Source: an uncultured Olsenella sp.
GTDB lineage: Bacteria > Actinomycetota > Coriobacteriia > Coriobacteriales > Atopobiaceae
Length of the DNA: 64,000 nt
Assembly (NCBI GenBank): GCA_949287335.1
Contig: CASEGE010000150.1
Location: 12,913 to 76,912, forward strand
Direction: 5' to 3'
Part shown: positions 21,147 to 31,836 of the stretch, one piece after another
Layout: each line of letters begins with the position of its first letter
How positions within the stretch are numbered: the first letter of the stretch is position 1
Made by a program: the position numbers and the translations under genes
Notes under the pieces: generated by a model
What the model saw: the letters and a program-made list of their open reading frames with translations, nothing else
Told to the model about the DNA's origin: nothing
Databases searched by the model: none

Positions 21147-21853
21147 CAGGCAACGACCTCCCTCGTCTGCCCGTAGCGGCTGCGTGCGGCCCCGTAGAGC
21201 CCGTGCTTATGCAGGTAGCCCGTGACCTGGTCCGGCGTGAGGTAGCGCAGGCTCTGTCCAGCCTCGACGCGCTCCCTGAGATAGCTCGACGAGATGGCAA
21301 GCGCCGGGACGGAGAGATAGGTCACGTCAAAGTCGAGCCCGGAGGCGGCGATGACGTCCCACGCGCGGTCGAGGTCGTAGCCCGGCCGCGTGGCGCCCAC
21401 GAGGTGCGCCAGGCGGGCAATGTCGTCGGCGTCGTGCCAGGTGACGATCTCGGTGATGGCATCGGCGCCCGTGATGAAGTAGAACTCGACGTTCTCGGGA
21501 TAGAGGCCGCGCAGGAGCCGCAACGTGTCCGCGGTGTAGGTCACGCCCTCGCGGTCAATCTCAAAGCGCGAGGTCACGAAGTGAGGGTTGTCCGCCGTGG
21601 CAAGAAGCGTCATGGCAAAGCGTTCCTCGCCCGAGGTCACGCTCTGGTCCAGCTTGAAGGCGGGTCGCCCGGCCGGCATGAAGACGACGAGGTCAAGACC
21701 CAGGTCATCAAAGGCCTGCTCTGCCGCAACGAGGTGGCCGTAGTGAATGGGATCGAAGGTGCCGCCCATGATGCCCAGCTTGTAGGTACGGTCCTCGTCA
21801 ACCCCAAGGACCGGGAGGTCGGCCGCGCGCAGGGCGGAGACGTCGACGCTCAT
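21146..21853 (-). CDS. nadD: Nicotinate-nucleotide adenylyltransferase
   Basis: Motifs GIMGGTFDPIHYGHL, TYTADTL, FITGAD and ISSS. Confidence 0.95.
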   Translation of the reverse strand: MSVDVSALRAADLPVLGVDEDRTYKLGIMGGTFDPIHYGHLVAAEQAFDDLGLDLVVFMPAGRPAFKLDQSVTSGEERFAMTLLATADNPHFVTSRFEIDREGVTYTADTLRLLRGLYPENVEFYFITGADAITEIVTWHDADDIARLAHLVGATRPGYDLDRAWDVIAASGLDFDVTYLSVPALAISSSYLRERVEAGQSLRYLTPDQVTGYLHKHGLYGAARSRYGQTREVVA

Positions 21854-23109
21854 CGGATCTGCCCGTCCCCTCGGATGACGTACTTCGTCGTGGTGAGCGC
21901 CTCGGCACCCATGGGCCCGCGCGCGTGAAGCTTCTGCGTGGAGATGCCGATCTCCCCTCCCAGCCCAAAGACACCGCCGTCCGTAAAGCGGGTCGACGCG
22001 TTGGCGTAGACGGCCGCTGCGTCGACGCCGGCGAGAAATGCCTCGCAGGCAGCATAGGACTCGCTCACGATGGCCTCGGAGTGACCGGTCCCGTAGCGGT
22101 TGATGTGCTCGACCGCCTCATCGACGTCACGCACGCACTTGACGCTCATCTTGAGGTCAAGGTACTCCCGACCCCAGTCGTCCTCGGTTGCCTCCCCCAT
22201 CGCAACGCCGCACTTCTCGGCAATCAAACGGGAGGTCTCGTCACCCACGAGCTCGACCCCGCGCTCAGAGAGGGCGAGAAGCACGGGCGGAAGCAGGCGA
22301 TCGGCGGCGCACTCGTCCACAAGCAGCGACTCGGCCGCGTTGCAGACGCCCGGTCGCGAGCACTTGGCGTTGATGACGATGCCCAAGGCCTTCTCGACAT
22401 CCGCCTCCGCATGGAGATAGATGTGGCAGTTGCCGGTTCCTGTCTCGATGACGGGAACGGTGGCGTTCTCCACGCAATGACGGATAAGCGACGCGCCCCC
22501 GCGAGGGACGAGCACGTCAACAAGGCCGTTGGCCCGAATGAGCTCCTCCGTCTCACGGTGAGCGGCGTCGTCGGAGACATACTGGACGGCGTCCCCGGGA
22601 AGGCCGACCTCCACGAGCGCGTCCCGGCAGGCGGCCGCGATGGCCTCGCAGGACTCCTGGGCCGCCGAGCCGCCCTTGAGCACGCACGCGTTACCGGCTC
22701 GCATGCAGAGCGCAAACGCATCGGCAGTCACGTTGGGGCGCGCCTCGTAGACGATTGCGACCACGCCGAGCGGCACGCGCACCTGCTCGATGCGCACGCC
22801 TGAGTCGAGCGTACGGCCGCCCACCACGCGACCGAGCGGGTCATCCTGGCGGGCGATCTCGTCGAGCGAGGACGCAATCCCCTCGAGGCGCTTCTCGTCC
22901 AGGAGAAGCCTGTCCTGCAGGGGGGCGGGCATGCCCGCCTCGCGGCCGCGCGCGAGGTCGTGCGCGTTTGCCTCGCAGATGGACGCCGAGCGCTCCAGGA
23001 TGATGCGTGCGGCGGCGGCGATGGCCGCCGATCGCGTGGCGGCCGGGGCAAGCCCCAGGGCATGCGCGGCGTCGCGGGCAAGAGCTGCCTTCCTGCGTGC
23101 CTCGGACAT
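21850..23109 (-). CDS. proA: Glutamate-5-semialdehyde dehydrogenase
   Basis: Motifs VPLGVVAIVYEARPNVT, PRGG, GVCNAAE and NASTRFTDG..FGLGGEIGISTQKLHARGPMG. Confidence 0.96.
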   Translation of the reverse strand: MSEARRKAALARDAAHALGLAPAATRSAAIAAAARIILERSASICEANAHDLARGREAGMPAPLQDRLLLDEKRLEGIASSLDEIARQDDPLGRVVGGRTLDSGVRIEQVRVPLGVVAIVYEARPNVTADAFALCMRAGNACVLKGGSAAQESCEAIAAACRDALVEVGLPGDAVQYVSDDAAHRETEELIRANGLVDVLVPRGGASLIRHCVENATVPVIETGTGNCHIYLHAEADVEKALGIVINAKCSRPGVCNAAESLLVDECAADRLLPPVLLALSERGVELVGDETSRLIAEKCGVAMGEATEDDWGREYLDLKMSVKCVRDVDEAVEHINRYGTGHSEAIVSESYAACEAFLAGVDAAAVYANASTRFTDGGVFGLGGEIGISTQKLHARGPMGAEALTTTKYVIRGDGQIR

Positions 23110-23123
23110 GGTGCGCTCCTTTC

Positions 23124-24236
23124 CTAGAAGACGAGAAGGTCGTCTCGGTGCACCGCGGGCTGGGCGCGGTCCTCACCGAGAAAGCGTGCGATGACGTCAA
23201 GTTTGATTCCGCGCACGCGGGACATGTCATCAGAGGAGTAGCGCGTGATGCCGCGACCGATGATGTCGCCGGAATCCGCGCAGACGTTCACGACATCGCC
23301 CACGGCATAGCCGCCGCTTGACGAGACAACGCCAACGGGGAGAATGGAGGCCCCTCGCTCGAGCACGGCACGCGTTGCCCCCTCGTCGAGGACGATGGTG
23401 CCGCGGGGAACCTCGGCAAGGCCAATCCAGAGCTTGCGGCCGCCCTCGTGAGGGGAGCCGAGCGGAGCCTCAAACCGCGTGCCCACCAAAGCGCCGGAGG
23501 CCACCTCGAGAAGCACGCCCTCCCTGCGGCCGCGGCAGATGACTGTGGGGATGCCCGCGGCGAGCATGGCGCGCGCGGCGCGGAGCTTGGAGGACATGCC
23601 GCCCGTCCCAAACGAGGTCCCTGCCCCACCCGCAATCTCACTCAGGTGATGGTCGACCTCGCTCACGCGCTCGATGAGGGTTGCCGTGGGGTCCTCCTGG
23701 GGGTTGGCGGTGTAGAGCCCCTCGACGTCCGAGCAGATGACATAGAGCTCGGCGCCCACGAGGGCGGCGACGAGCGCCCCGAGCATGTCATTGTCGCCAA
23801 AGGCAAACTCTGCCGTGGACACGGTGTCGTTCTCGTTGACCACGGGAACGGCGCCAAGCTCGAGAAGGCGCAGGAGCGTGCTGCGCGCGTTGAGGAAGGC
23901 GTCACGGTCCATGACATCGCGCCTGGTGAGAAGCACCTGGCCGCAGGGGATCCCCCGCTCGGCGAGCACGTCGGCATATGCCTGCGTGAGATGGGCCTGG
24001 CCGGCCGAGGCGCAGGCCTGGAGCGTCGCGATATCGCTCGGGCGCTCGGAGAAGCCCAGGACGTCCCTGCCGGCAGCCGCGGCTCCAGAAGAGACCACCA
24101 CGACACGGGTGCCGCCCGCGACAAGCGACGAGACCTGGTCGCAGAGCGACCTGATGAAGCCGCGGTCGAGCGCGCCATGCTCGTCAACGAGCGTGGAGGA
24201 GCCAATCTTGACGACCATCAGCTTCGGGACACCCAT
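23124..24236 (-). CDS. proB: Glutamate 5-kinase (with PUA domain)
   Basis: Motifs VVKIGSS, VSSGA, VNENDTV, FGDND and GTGGMSSKL. Confidence 0.96.
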   Translation of the reverse strand: MGVPKLMVVKIGSSTLVDEHGALDRGFIRSLCDQVSSLVAGGTRVVVVSSGAAAAGRDVLGFSERPSDIATLQACASAGQAHLTQAYADVLAERGIPCGQVLLTRRDVMDRDAFLNARSTLLRLLELGAVPVVNENDTVSTAEFAFGDNDMLGALVAALVGAELYVICSDVEGLYTANPQEDPTATLIERVSEVDHHLSEIAGGAGTSFGTGGMSSKLRAARAMLAAGIPTVICRGRREGVLLEVASGALVGTRFEAPLGSPHEGGRKLWIGLAEVPRGTIVLDEGATRAVLERGASILPVGVVSSSGGYAVGDVVNVCADSGDIIGRGITRYSSDDMSRVRGIKLDVIARFLGEDRAQPAVHRDDLLVF

Positions 24237-25649
<1,413 letters not shown>

Positions 25650-25854
25650 TTACATGGTACGGCAACTGCGGCAACGCGTCCAACCTTGGTATGGAACGCG
25701 CGAGGCCGGCACGCGCGGAGCATCCCAAGACGCCCTTTGACGAATCCACCCTGTGCCAAGTATTTTCGCCAAGCGTTGCTCTGCTCTAACGCCAGTCAAA
25801 TCTAGCCTGGGGCAGACATGGCCATATGCCGAGCGTTTCGCGAGAAGCCCCTTA

Positions 25855-26159
25855 GACTCATTTTCGAATATGAGTCGTGCCAGCCCCGCCCCAGGACTCA
25901 CTTCCGGAAGTGAGTTGCTTTAAGTCACTCACTTCCGGAAATGAGTCGTATTCAAGCCACGTCGCAACTCACTTCCGGAAATGAGTTGTATTCAAGCCAC
26001 GTCGCGACTCACTTCTGGAAATGAGTTGCGAACGACACGCGGGTTGCACTCATTTCCGGAAATGAGTCGGAAAAGGGGACTCACTTCTGGAAGTGAGTCC
26101 AAATAAAAACTCACTTCTGGAAGTGAGTCCGAGGCTCAACTCATTTCCGGAAATGAGTC
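25855..26159. repeat. Palindrome array A2: 9 copies of the 22-bp palindrome
   Basis: Copy starts at 25855, 25895, 25926, 25966, 26006, 26047, 26078, 26108 and 26138. Confidence 0.95.
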
Positions 26160-26202
26160 CAGGAGCGACAGCAAGACAGCGTCATACGGTCGCGCCACAA
26201 CG

Positions 26203-26233
26203 CAAAAGAGCCCCAGTCGTAAGACCGGGGCCC
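26203..26233 (-). terminator. Intrinsic terminator after rpmA
   Basis: Minus-strand GGGCCCCGGTC-TTAC-GACTGGGGCTC followed by TTTT. Confidence 0.65.
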
Positions 26234-26261
26234 GAGTCGTACCAAACGCGCGAGAATAGCG

Positions 26262-26510
26262 TTACGCCTCGCGAACGTGCACGCGGTGCTTGACGCCCTT
26301 GGTGAACTCAACGGTGCCGGCGGTAAGGGCGAACAGGGTGTCGTCCTTGCCGATGCCCACGTTGTCACCGGGGTGGATGTGCGTGCCGCGCTGACGGACG
26401 AGAATCTCGCCAGCCTTGACGAACTGGCCGCCGTAGCGCTTGGTGCCGAGGCGCTGGGCGTTGGAGTCACGGCCGTTGCGGGAAGATCCGAGGCCCTTCT
26501 TGTGTGCCAT
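26262..26510 (-). CDS. rpmA: 50S ribosomal protein L27
   Basis: [22 protein letters not shown]...ILVRQRGT. Confidence 0.98.
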   Translation of the reverse strand: MAHKKGLGSSRNGRDSNAQRLGTKRYGGQFVKAGEILVRQRGTHIHPGDNVGIGKDDTLFALTAGTVEFTKGVKHRVHVREA

Positions 26511-26543
26511 GGTAGTACCTGCCTTCTAAAACCGAGGAGAGAC

Positions 26544-26852
26544 TTACGCGGGAAGCTCGACGACCTTGATCTTCGTCAGGTTCTGACGGTGGCCGTTGGC
26601 GCGGTGATAGCGCTTGCGCTTCTTGAGCTTGAAGACGAGGACCTTCTCGCCCTTGAACTGCTCGACGACCTCGGCGGTGACCTTCTTGTCCTGGAGCGGG
26701 GCAGAGCCAACGATGGTCTTGTCGCCGTCGTTAAGGAGAAGGACGGGGAGCTCAACCTTGTCGCCAGGCTGCGCGTCGAGCTTCTCGACGTCGATGACGT
26801 CGCCCTTGGCAACCTTATACTGCTTGCCACCAGTTGCTACGATTGCGTACAT
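26544..26852 (-). CDS. rplU: 50S ribosomal protein L21
   Basis: MYAIVATGGKQYKV...GHRQ. Confidence 0.97.
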   Translation of the reverse strand: MYAIVATGGKQYKVAKGDVIDVEKLDAQPGDKVELPVLLLNDGDKTIVGSAPLQDKKVTAEVVEQFKGEKVLVFKLKKRKRYHRANGHRQNLTKIKVVELPA

Positions 26853-26893
26853 GTGCGAAACCCTTCATTGCTGGCTGAATGCAACAGTTGCTT

Positions 26894-26922
26894 ATATTAC
26901 TAGCACCGTACCGGCTCGTCAA
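26894..26922 (-). promoter_or_regulatory. Sigma70-type promoter of rplU-rpmA
   Basis: TTGACG, 17-nt spacer, TAATAT. Confidence 0.6.
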
Positions 26923-26999
26923 CGAAAAGTTGCCGTGACCTGCGCAACCGTAAGGGAAAAGACGGCTTCGCACATCGCGTCGGGACAATGCGACCTGAA

Positions 27000-27776
27000 T
27001 CAGGATAATGGTGCCTCGCCCTGTGTGACAAACGGTCCAAAAGGTTCCACAAGACAACCACTTTCCTCGTGCCCCTGGAAGGTCCTGCGCACGCGAACGG
27101 CGTCGGGCCGAGCAAGGCCGGCGGCGTCAAACGCGGCGTCGAGAAGGACCTGGGGCCGAAGCGCACCCGCAGTTCCCGAGCGCGTCTCCAGGCACAGCGA
27201 GACGCCATCCTCCCCCGCCGCAGCCCGGGCACCAACGAACGTGGCCCCAAGGTCGACGCGCTTGACCTTCTCGCCGCGCAGGTACGTGAGCGTGCCGCGC
27301 TCGCGCACGGCCTCGATGCCACCAAGCAGGTCCTCGGGCGATAACGACGACCCCGGAAGGCTGATCTCCCATGACGCGCGGTCGAGCCATGCCTCCAGCG
27401 CGCCCAGGCGTCCGGGGACGTAGGCCGCCCTCACGGGCGCAAGCGCCGCCGGCGTTGCCGCGCGAAGCAGCCCAAGCGCCTCCTCGGGATCGATGCGCTC
27501 GGTGAGGCGCACGTCATAGTACTCGCACGAGGAGCTCGTTCCCGTGGGAAGCGCCCCGGAGAACTGCATGCGGATGCGCCGGGCAAACCCGTTGCCAATC
27601 GAGAACGGCAGCCCCGCACGGCGCACGCAGCGCTCGATGGTGGCAATGAGGTCAAGGTGGCCGAGAAACGCGAGCCGGTCGCTCTTGCCGTACTCGACGC
27701 GAAGGCGCGCGAGATCGGCCTTGACGGGCAGGTCCTGCGGACGTCCGGAGAAGGGCTGGGTCTGCGGGCCGCTCAT
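27000..27776 (-). CDS. Radical SAM-associated protein (TIGR03936/DUF2344-like)
   Basis: RLRVEYGK...FLGHLDL...ERCVRRAGLPF...GF...FSGALPTG; directly downstream of the radical SAM gene. Confidence 0.8.
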   Translation of the reverse strand: MSGPQTQPFSGRPQDLPVKADLARLRVEYGKSDRLAFLGHLDLIATIERCVRRAGLPFSIGNGFARRIRMQFSGALPTGTSSSCEYYDVRLTERIDPEEALGLLRAATPAALAPVRAAYVPGRLGALEAWLDRASWEISLPGSSLSPEDLLGGIEAVRERGTLTYLRGEKVKRVDLGATFVGARAAAGEDGVSLCLETRSGTAGALRPQVLLDAAFDAAGLARPDAVRVRRTFQGHEESGCLVEPFGPFVTQGEAPLS

Positions 27777-29650
27777 GACCTCACCCCCTGGATGACGTTA
27801 TGGACGCCAAGCGACGGGCACACGCCGCAGCCCGTGCAGCTCTCCCTCGTGCAGTCGGGCGTCGTGACGCCCTCGACGGCTCGGAGCCACTCGCGCTGGA
27901 GATAGCCCTTCGACACGCCCGGTGAGGTGTGGTCCCAAGGCAGGCGCGCCGAGAGGGGAAACTCCTCGCAGGCAACGTCAACGAGGTCATAGCCGCACTC
28001 GGTCGCGGCGCGCCGCCAGGCGTCGAAGTCAAACTCGCTCGTCCAGGCGTCGAACGAGCACCCAAGCTCCCAGGCGCGTCGCACGAGGCCAAAGCCCGCG
28101 CGCCCCATCTTGGAGAGCGCCCCCTCCACGAGCGAGACGTCCGCGTCGTGGTACGAGACGCGAATCGCGCGGTCGCGAATCTCGTGCAGCAGGAGCTGCT
28201 GGCGACGGCGCACCTCCTCGGGGTCGAGCTGACCCACCCACTGAAAGGCGGTGTAGGCCTTGGGCACGAGCACCGCAACCGAGATGGAGACCGAGACGCC
28301 GCTCTTGGGCCCGCGCCCAACGACCTCGCGCCCGATCTCGAGGACGCGCTCGGCCATGCGCGCGATGCCTATGACGTCCTCGTCCGTCTCGGTGGGAAGG
28401 CCCATCATGAAGTAGAGCTTCATCCTGCGCCACCCGGCCTCGAAGGCGTTTCTCGCCGCGCTCTCGAGGTCCTCCTCCGTGACGTTCTTGTTGATGACGT
28501 CGCGCAGCCTCTGGCTGCCCGCCTCGGGCGCAAAGGTGAGCCCGCCGCGCTTGCCGCCGGCCACGGCCGCGGCCATGTCAACGCCAAAGGAGTCGAGGCG
28601 CTGCGAGGGAATGGAGACGCGGATTCCCCGCTCAGAGAGCTCCTCGTTCATGCCGCGCAGGATCTCCTCGCACTGCGAGTGATCGGTCGTGGAAAGCGAG
28701 GTGAGGGAGATCTCGTTGTGACCGCTGGCGAGAAGCCCCTCCACGCCGCAGGTGATGACCTGGCCCGCGGGGCGCTCGCGAACGGGCCGATACGTCATGC
28801 CCGCCTGGCAGAAGCGGCATCCCCGCGCGCACCCGCGCAGGACCTCGAGCGAGAGCCGGTCCTGGACGATGCCCATGTAGGGGACAATTCGCTGCGCCAC
28901 CGCCGGCGTTGCCGCAAAGTCGTTGACGCACCGCTTGAGGACAACCTCGGGAGCGCCCGTGCCCAGTCGGGGCACCGCGTAGCCCCAGCGGGTGGAGCCA
29001 TCATTGATCTTGACCTCGTAGAGCGAGGGGACGTAGGTGCCCGGGACCTGCGCCAGGCGACGAAGAATCTCGGCGCGCGGCACGCCCTCGGCGCGCGCGT
29101 CGCGGATGCACGCGCACACGTCGACGATGGACTCCTCGCCGTCCCCAAGAAGCACGGCGTCAAAGACCGGCGCGAGCGGCTCGCAGTTCCAAGCCGACGG
29201 GCCGCCCGCGAGGATGATGGGGTCGTCCTCGTCTCGCTCGTCCGAGCGCAGGGAAATGCCCGCGAGGTCAAGCGTCTCGAGAACGTTTGTGGCAATGAGC
29301 TCGTGCGCGAGCGTAAATCCGATGGCGTCGAAGGACGCGAGCGGAGCCGCGCCCTCGAGCGAGAGCAGCGGCACGCCCCGCTCGCGCATGAGCGCGGCCA
29401 TGTCCTTCCAGGGAAGATAGCAGCGCTCGCAGCTCATGCCCTCCTGGGCGTTCACGGCGTTGTAGAGAATGGCGACACCCAGGTTGGGCTGCCCGATCTC
29501 GTAGACGTCCGCGTAGACCATGCAGAGGTGGAAGGGGCCGTCCTGCTCCCGCTGCGCGCCCCACTCGTGGTCGAGGTAGCGCGCGGGGTGCTCAACCTGC
29601 GAGAGCAGGGGCTCGATGAGGTGAAAGAGGTTTTCTCGGCGTGCGCGCAC
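27773..29650 (-). CDS. Radical SAM protein (TIGR03960-like)
   Basis: Motifs PARY, DVYEIG, RGCARGCRFCQAG (CX3CX2C), TFAPEAGSQRLRDVINK, KLYFMMGLPTET and a C-terminal Cys cluster CTRESCTGCGVC. Confidence 0.85.
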   Translation of the reverse strand: MRARRENLFHLIEPLLSQVEHPARYLDHEWGAQREQDGPFHLCMVYADVYEIGQPNLGVAILYNAVNAQEGMSCERCYLPWKDMAALMRERGVPLLSLEGAAPLASFDAIGFTLAHELIATNVLETLDLAGISLRSDERDEDDPIILAGGPSAWNCEPLAPVFDAVLLGDGEESIVDVCACIRDARAEGVPRAEILRRLAQVPGTYVPSLYEVKINDGSTRWGYAVPRLGTGAPEVVLKRCVNDFAATPAVAQRIVPYMGIVQDRLSLEVLRGCARGCRFCQAGMTYRPVRERPAGQVITCGVEGLLASGHNEISLTSLSTTDHSQCEEILRGMNEELSERGIRVSIPSQRLDSFGVDMAAAVAGGKRGGLTFAPEAGSQRLRDVINKNVTEEDLESAARNAFEAGWRRMKLYFMMGLPTETDEDVIGIARMAERVLEIGREVVGRGPKSGVSVSISVAVLVPKAYTAFQWVGQLDPEEVRRRQQLLLHEIRDRAIRVSYHDADVSLVEGALSKMGRAGFGLVRRAWELGCSFDAWTSEFDFDAWRRAATECGYDLVDVACEEFPLSARLPWDHTSPGVSKGYLQREWLRAVEGVTTPDCTRESCTGCGVCPSLGVHNVIQGVRS

Positions 29651-29651
29651 A

Positions 29652-30584
29652 TCAGCCCCCAATGACCACGTAGTCGCACGCCTCGGCCTCGCCTGGCGTG
29701 GCGAGAAGGACGGGCGGCTCGCCGCACTCCGCGGTACCCTCGCCCATCGACGCGGACTCGCGGGAGAGCTCCGCCTCGAAGCGCAGGCGCAGGGCGTTGC
29801 CCGTGGCGAGCGTTCCCCCATAGCCAATTCCGGCCTTCAGGAGCATGCCGAGGCCAGGGACGAGCCCCACGAGCGAGCGGGCGACGCTGCGCCACACGAG
29901 GCCCGCGCCGAGCACGCCCGCAAGCTCGGCGGCGCGGGAGGGCTCGAGGCCTCGCCCGTAGGACGCGGCGATGTCCAACGCGAGCATGGCCTGGTTGGCG
30001 CACATGATGGGAAGGTCGGAGCCGGGAATGAGCGAGATGGCGCCCACGGCGGCGTTCTGGGCGGCACAGCGCGACACGAGAGAGTCGATCACCGTGCGAC
30101 GGCAGAACGAGAAGTTGGCCGCAAGTGCGATGCTCTTGTCGACAGCGGCGCAGAGCCACTCCGCGAGCCTGTCCGGGAGGCTCTCCGGGCTGGAGGCGGC
30201 AATGACGCCCACAAGCGCGAGGGCCTGCTCGGGAAGGTCGAGCGCGGGAACGTCGAGCGCCCCCTCGACGATGATGCCCACGGGCACGCCGGAGCGGGCG
30301 TAGTGGGAGACCGCCCCCGCAAGGGGCTCCTCCCCCGAGAGCACGAGGGCAACGTCGGCCTTCTCGCCGCCCCTGACGCCAGAGTCCGCAAGGGCCATCA
30401 CGTCCACGACGGCGCCCGGGCGCTCGGGGACGAGGATGTCACGGGCCGCGCAGACAAGATCGCGCGGCGCCGAGGGATCTACGAGGACGTGCACGACGAG
30501 GCGCTCGTCAATGCCCTTGAGCGAGTCGCGCCCAGAGCCGGCCACCTCGATCAGACGGGCAAACGTCCAACCTTTCTTTGCCAT
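29652..30584 (-). CDS. Hypothetical protein with a DUF697-like C-terminal region
   Basis: AAQNAAVGAISLIPGSDLPIMCANQ...DIAASYG and Gly/Ala-rich hydrophobic helices. Confidence 0.55.
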   Translation of the reverse strand: MAKKGWTFARLIEVAGSGRDSLKGIDERLVVHVLVDPSAPRDLVCAARDILVPERPGAVVDVMALADSGVRGGEKADVALVLSGEEPLAGAVSHYARSGVPVGIIVEGALDVPALDLPEQALALVGVIAASSPESLPDRLAEWLCAAVDKSIALAANFSFCRRTVIDSLVSRCAAQNAAVGAISLIPGSDLPIMCANQAMLALDIAASYGRGLEPSRAAELAGVLGAGLVWRSVARSLVGLVPGLGMLLKAGIGYGGTLATGNALRLRFEAELSRESASMGEGTAECGEPPVLLATPGEAEACDYVVIGG

Positions 30585-30614
30585 GTCCCTCCCCTCGGGG
30601 CACCCCGCCCGGCG

Positions 30615-31826
30615 CTAGGCGGCCTTCGGGCGATGCCTCCACACGGACTGAACTATTCCCACGGCAACGAGCTGCACCACCATGGATGACGAGCCGTAGC
30701 TTACAAAGGGCAGCGGAATGCCCGTGATGGGCATGATACCAAGGCACATGCCCACGTTCTCGAGCACCTGAAACGTCCACATGGCAACGCATCCCACGAG
30801 CAGGAGCCTGCTGTAGGTTGACTCCAGCTTGATGGCAAGGAGCACGGTGGAGAGAATCATGCAGGCGTAGAGGCCAAGAAGGACGATGGAGCCGACAAAG
30901 CCGAACTGCTCCGCAAAGAGCGAGAAGACGAAGTCGGTCTGCGCCTCGGGGACAAACCCCGAGAGCGCCTGTGAGGCGTTGCCAAACCCCTTTCCGAGAA
31001 GGCCACCAGAGCCCACGGCAATCATGGCCTGGCGCAGGTTGTAGCCGTCGCCCGTGGGGTCGATGTCGGGGTCGACAAAGACGATGAGGCGCTTGAGCTG
31101 GTAGTCCTTGAGGATATGCGGAATCCCCTCGATCTGGGACTCTATGACCACAAAGGCCGCAACGGCCACGATGAGCGCAACGGTGCCGAGCACCCAGGTG
31201 CGCGGGGCGCCGGAGCAGATGATGATGGCGGCGCCGATGAAGAAGATGACGAGGCCGGTTCCCAGGTCGAGGGAGAGGATGAGCAGCAGCGGCACGAGCA
31301 GGGTGCCGCAGAGCTTTGCGTAGTCCCTGAAGGTGTCGATCTTCCCGTTGTACTGCGCGCAGGCGGACGCCATCAGGAAGATGGTCACGATCTTGGAGGG
31401 CTCGGAGGGCTGGAAGCGGAGCGGACCGAGCTTGACCCAGCCCATCATGCCGTTGACCTCGTAGCCCAGGCCCGGCACGCGCGGCAGGACCATGAGCACG
31501 CACGCGAGGATGAAAAGCGCCGTCGTCATGTTGGAGAGCGAGCGGCAGTCGTAGCGCCAGACAAAGATCGCGGCGGCGAGGCCAATGGCCACGCCGGCAA
31601 GATGGCTCACGAAGTTGGCCTCGGGAATGGAGAGCGAGGCGGAGAGAATCGTGACGATGCCTATGAGCACGACGAGCAGCGCGGGGATGAGCTGGGAGAG
31701 GTAGAGGTCCGCGATGGGGCCACGCCTGCCGCCCGAGCGCGCGTGGGCGCCGCCCTTCGCGGAGCGGCGCGTGAGGGCGGAGAGCCCCCCGGAGGCAGTG
31801 CCCGGTCCTGTCATGTCGAGCGCCAT
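30615..31826 (-). CDS. rodA: SEDS family peptidoglycan glycosyltransferase RodA
   Basis: Motifs FQPSEPSK, DLGT, GYNLRQAMIAVGSGG, PEAQTDF and MPITGIPLPFVSYGSSS. Confidence 0.93.
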   Translation of the reverse strand: MALDMTGPGTASGGLSALTRRSAKGGAHARSGGRRGPIADLYLSQLIPALLVVLIGIVTILSASLSIPEANFVSHLAGVAIGLAAAIFVWRYDCRSLSNMTTALFILACVLMVLPRVPGLGYEVNGMMGWVKLGPLRFQPSEPSKIVTIFLMASACAQYNGKIDTFRDYAKLCGTLLVPLLLILSLDLGTGLVIFFIGAAIIICSGAPRTWVLGTVALIVAVAAFVVIESQIEGIPHILKDYQLKRLIVFVDPDIDPTGDGYNLRQAMIAVGSGGLLGKGFGNASQALSGFVPEAQTDFVFSLFAEQFGFVGSIVLLGLYACMILSTVLLAIKLESTYSRLLLVGCVAMWTFQVLENVGMCLGIMPITGIPLPFVSYGSSSMVVQLVAVGIVQSVWRHRPKAA

Positions 31827-31836
31827 GTCCCCTCCC

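Noticed and set aside
26511-26543. Missing Prp protease gene between rplU and rpmA
   Set aside because: L27 starts directly with MAHKK and has no N-terminal extension, so Prp is not expected.
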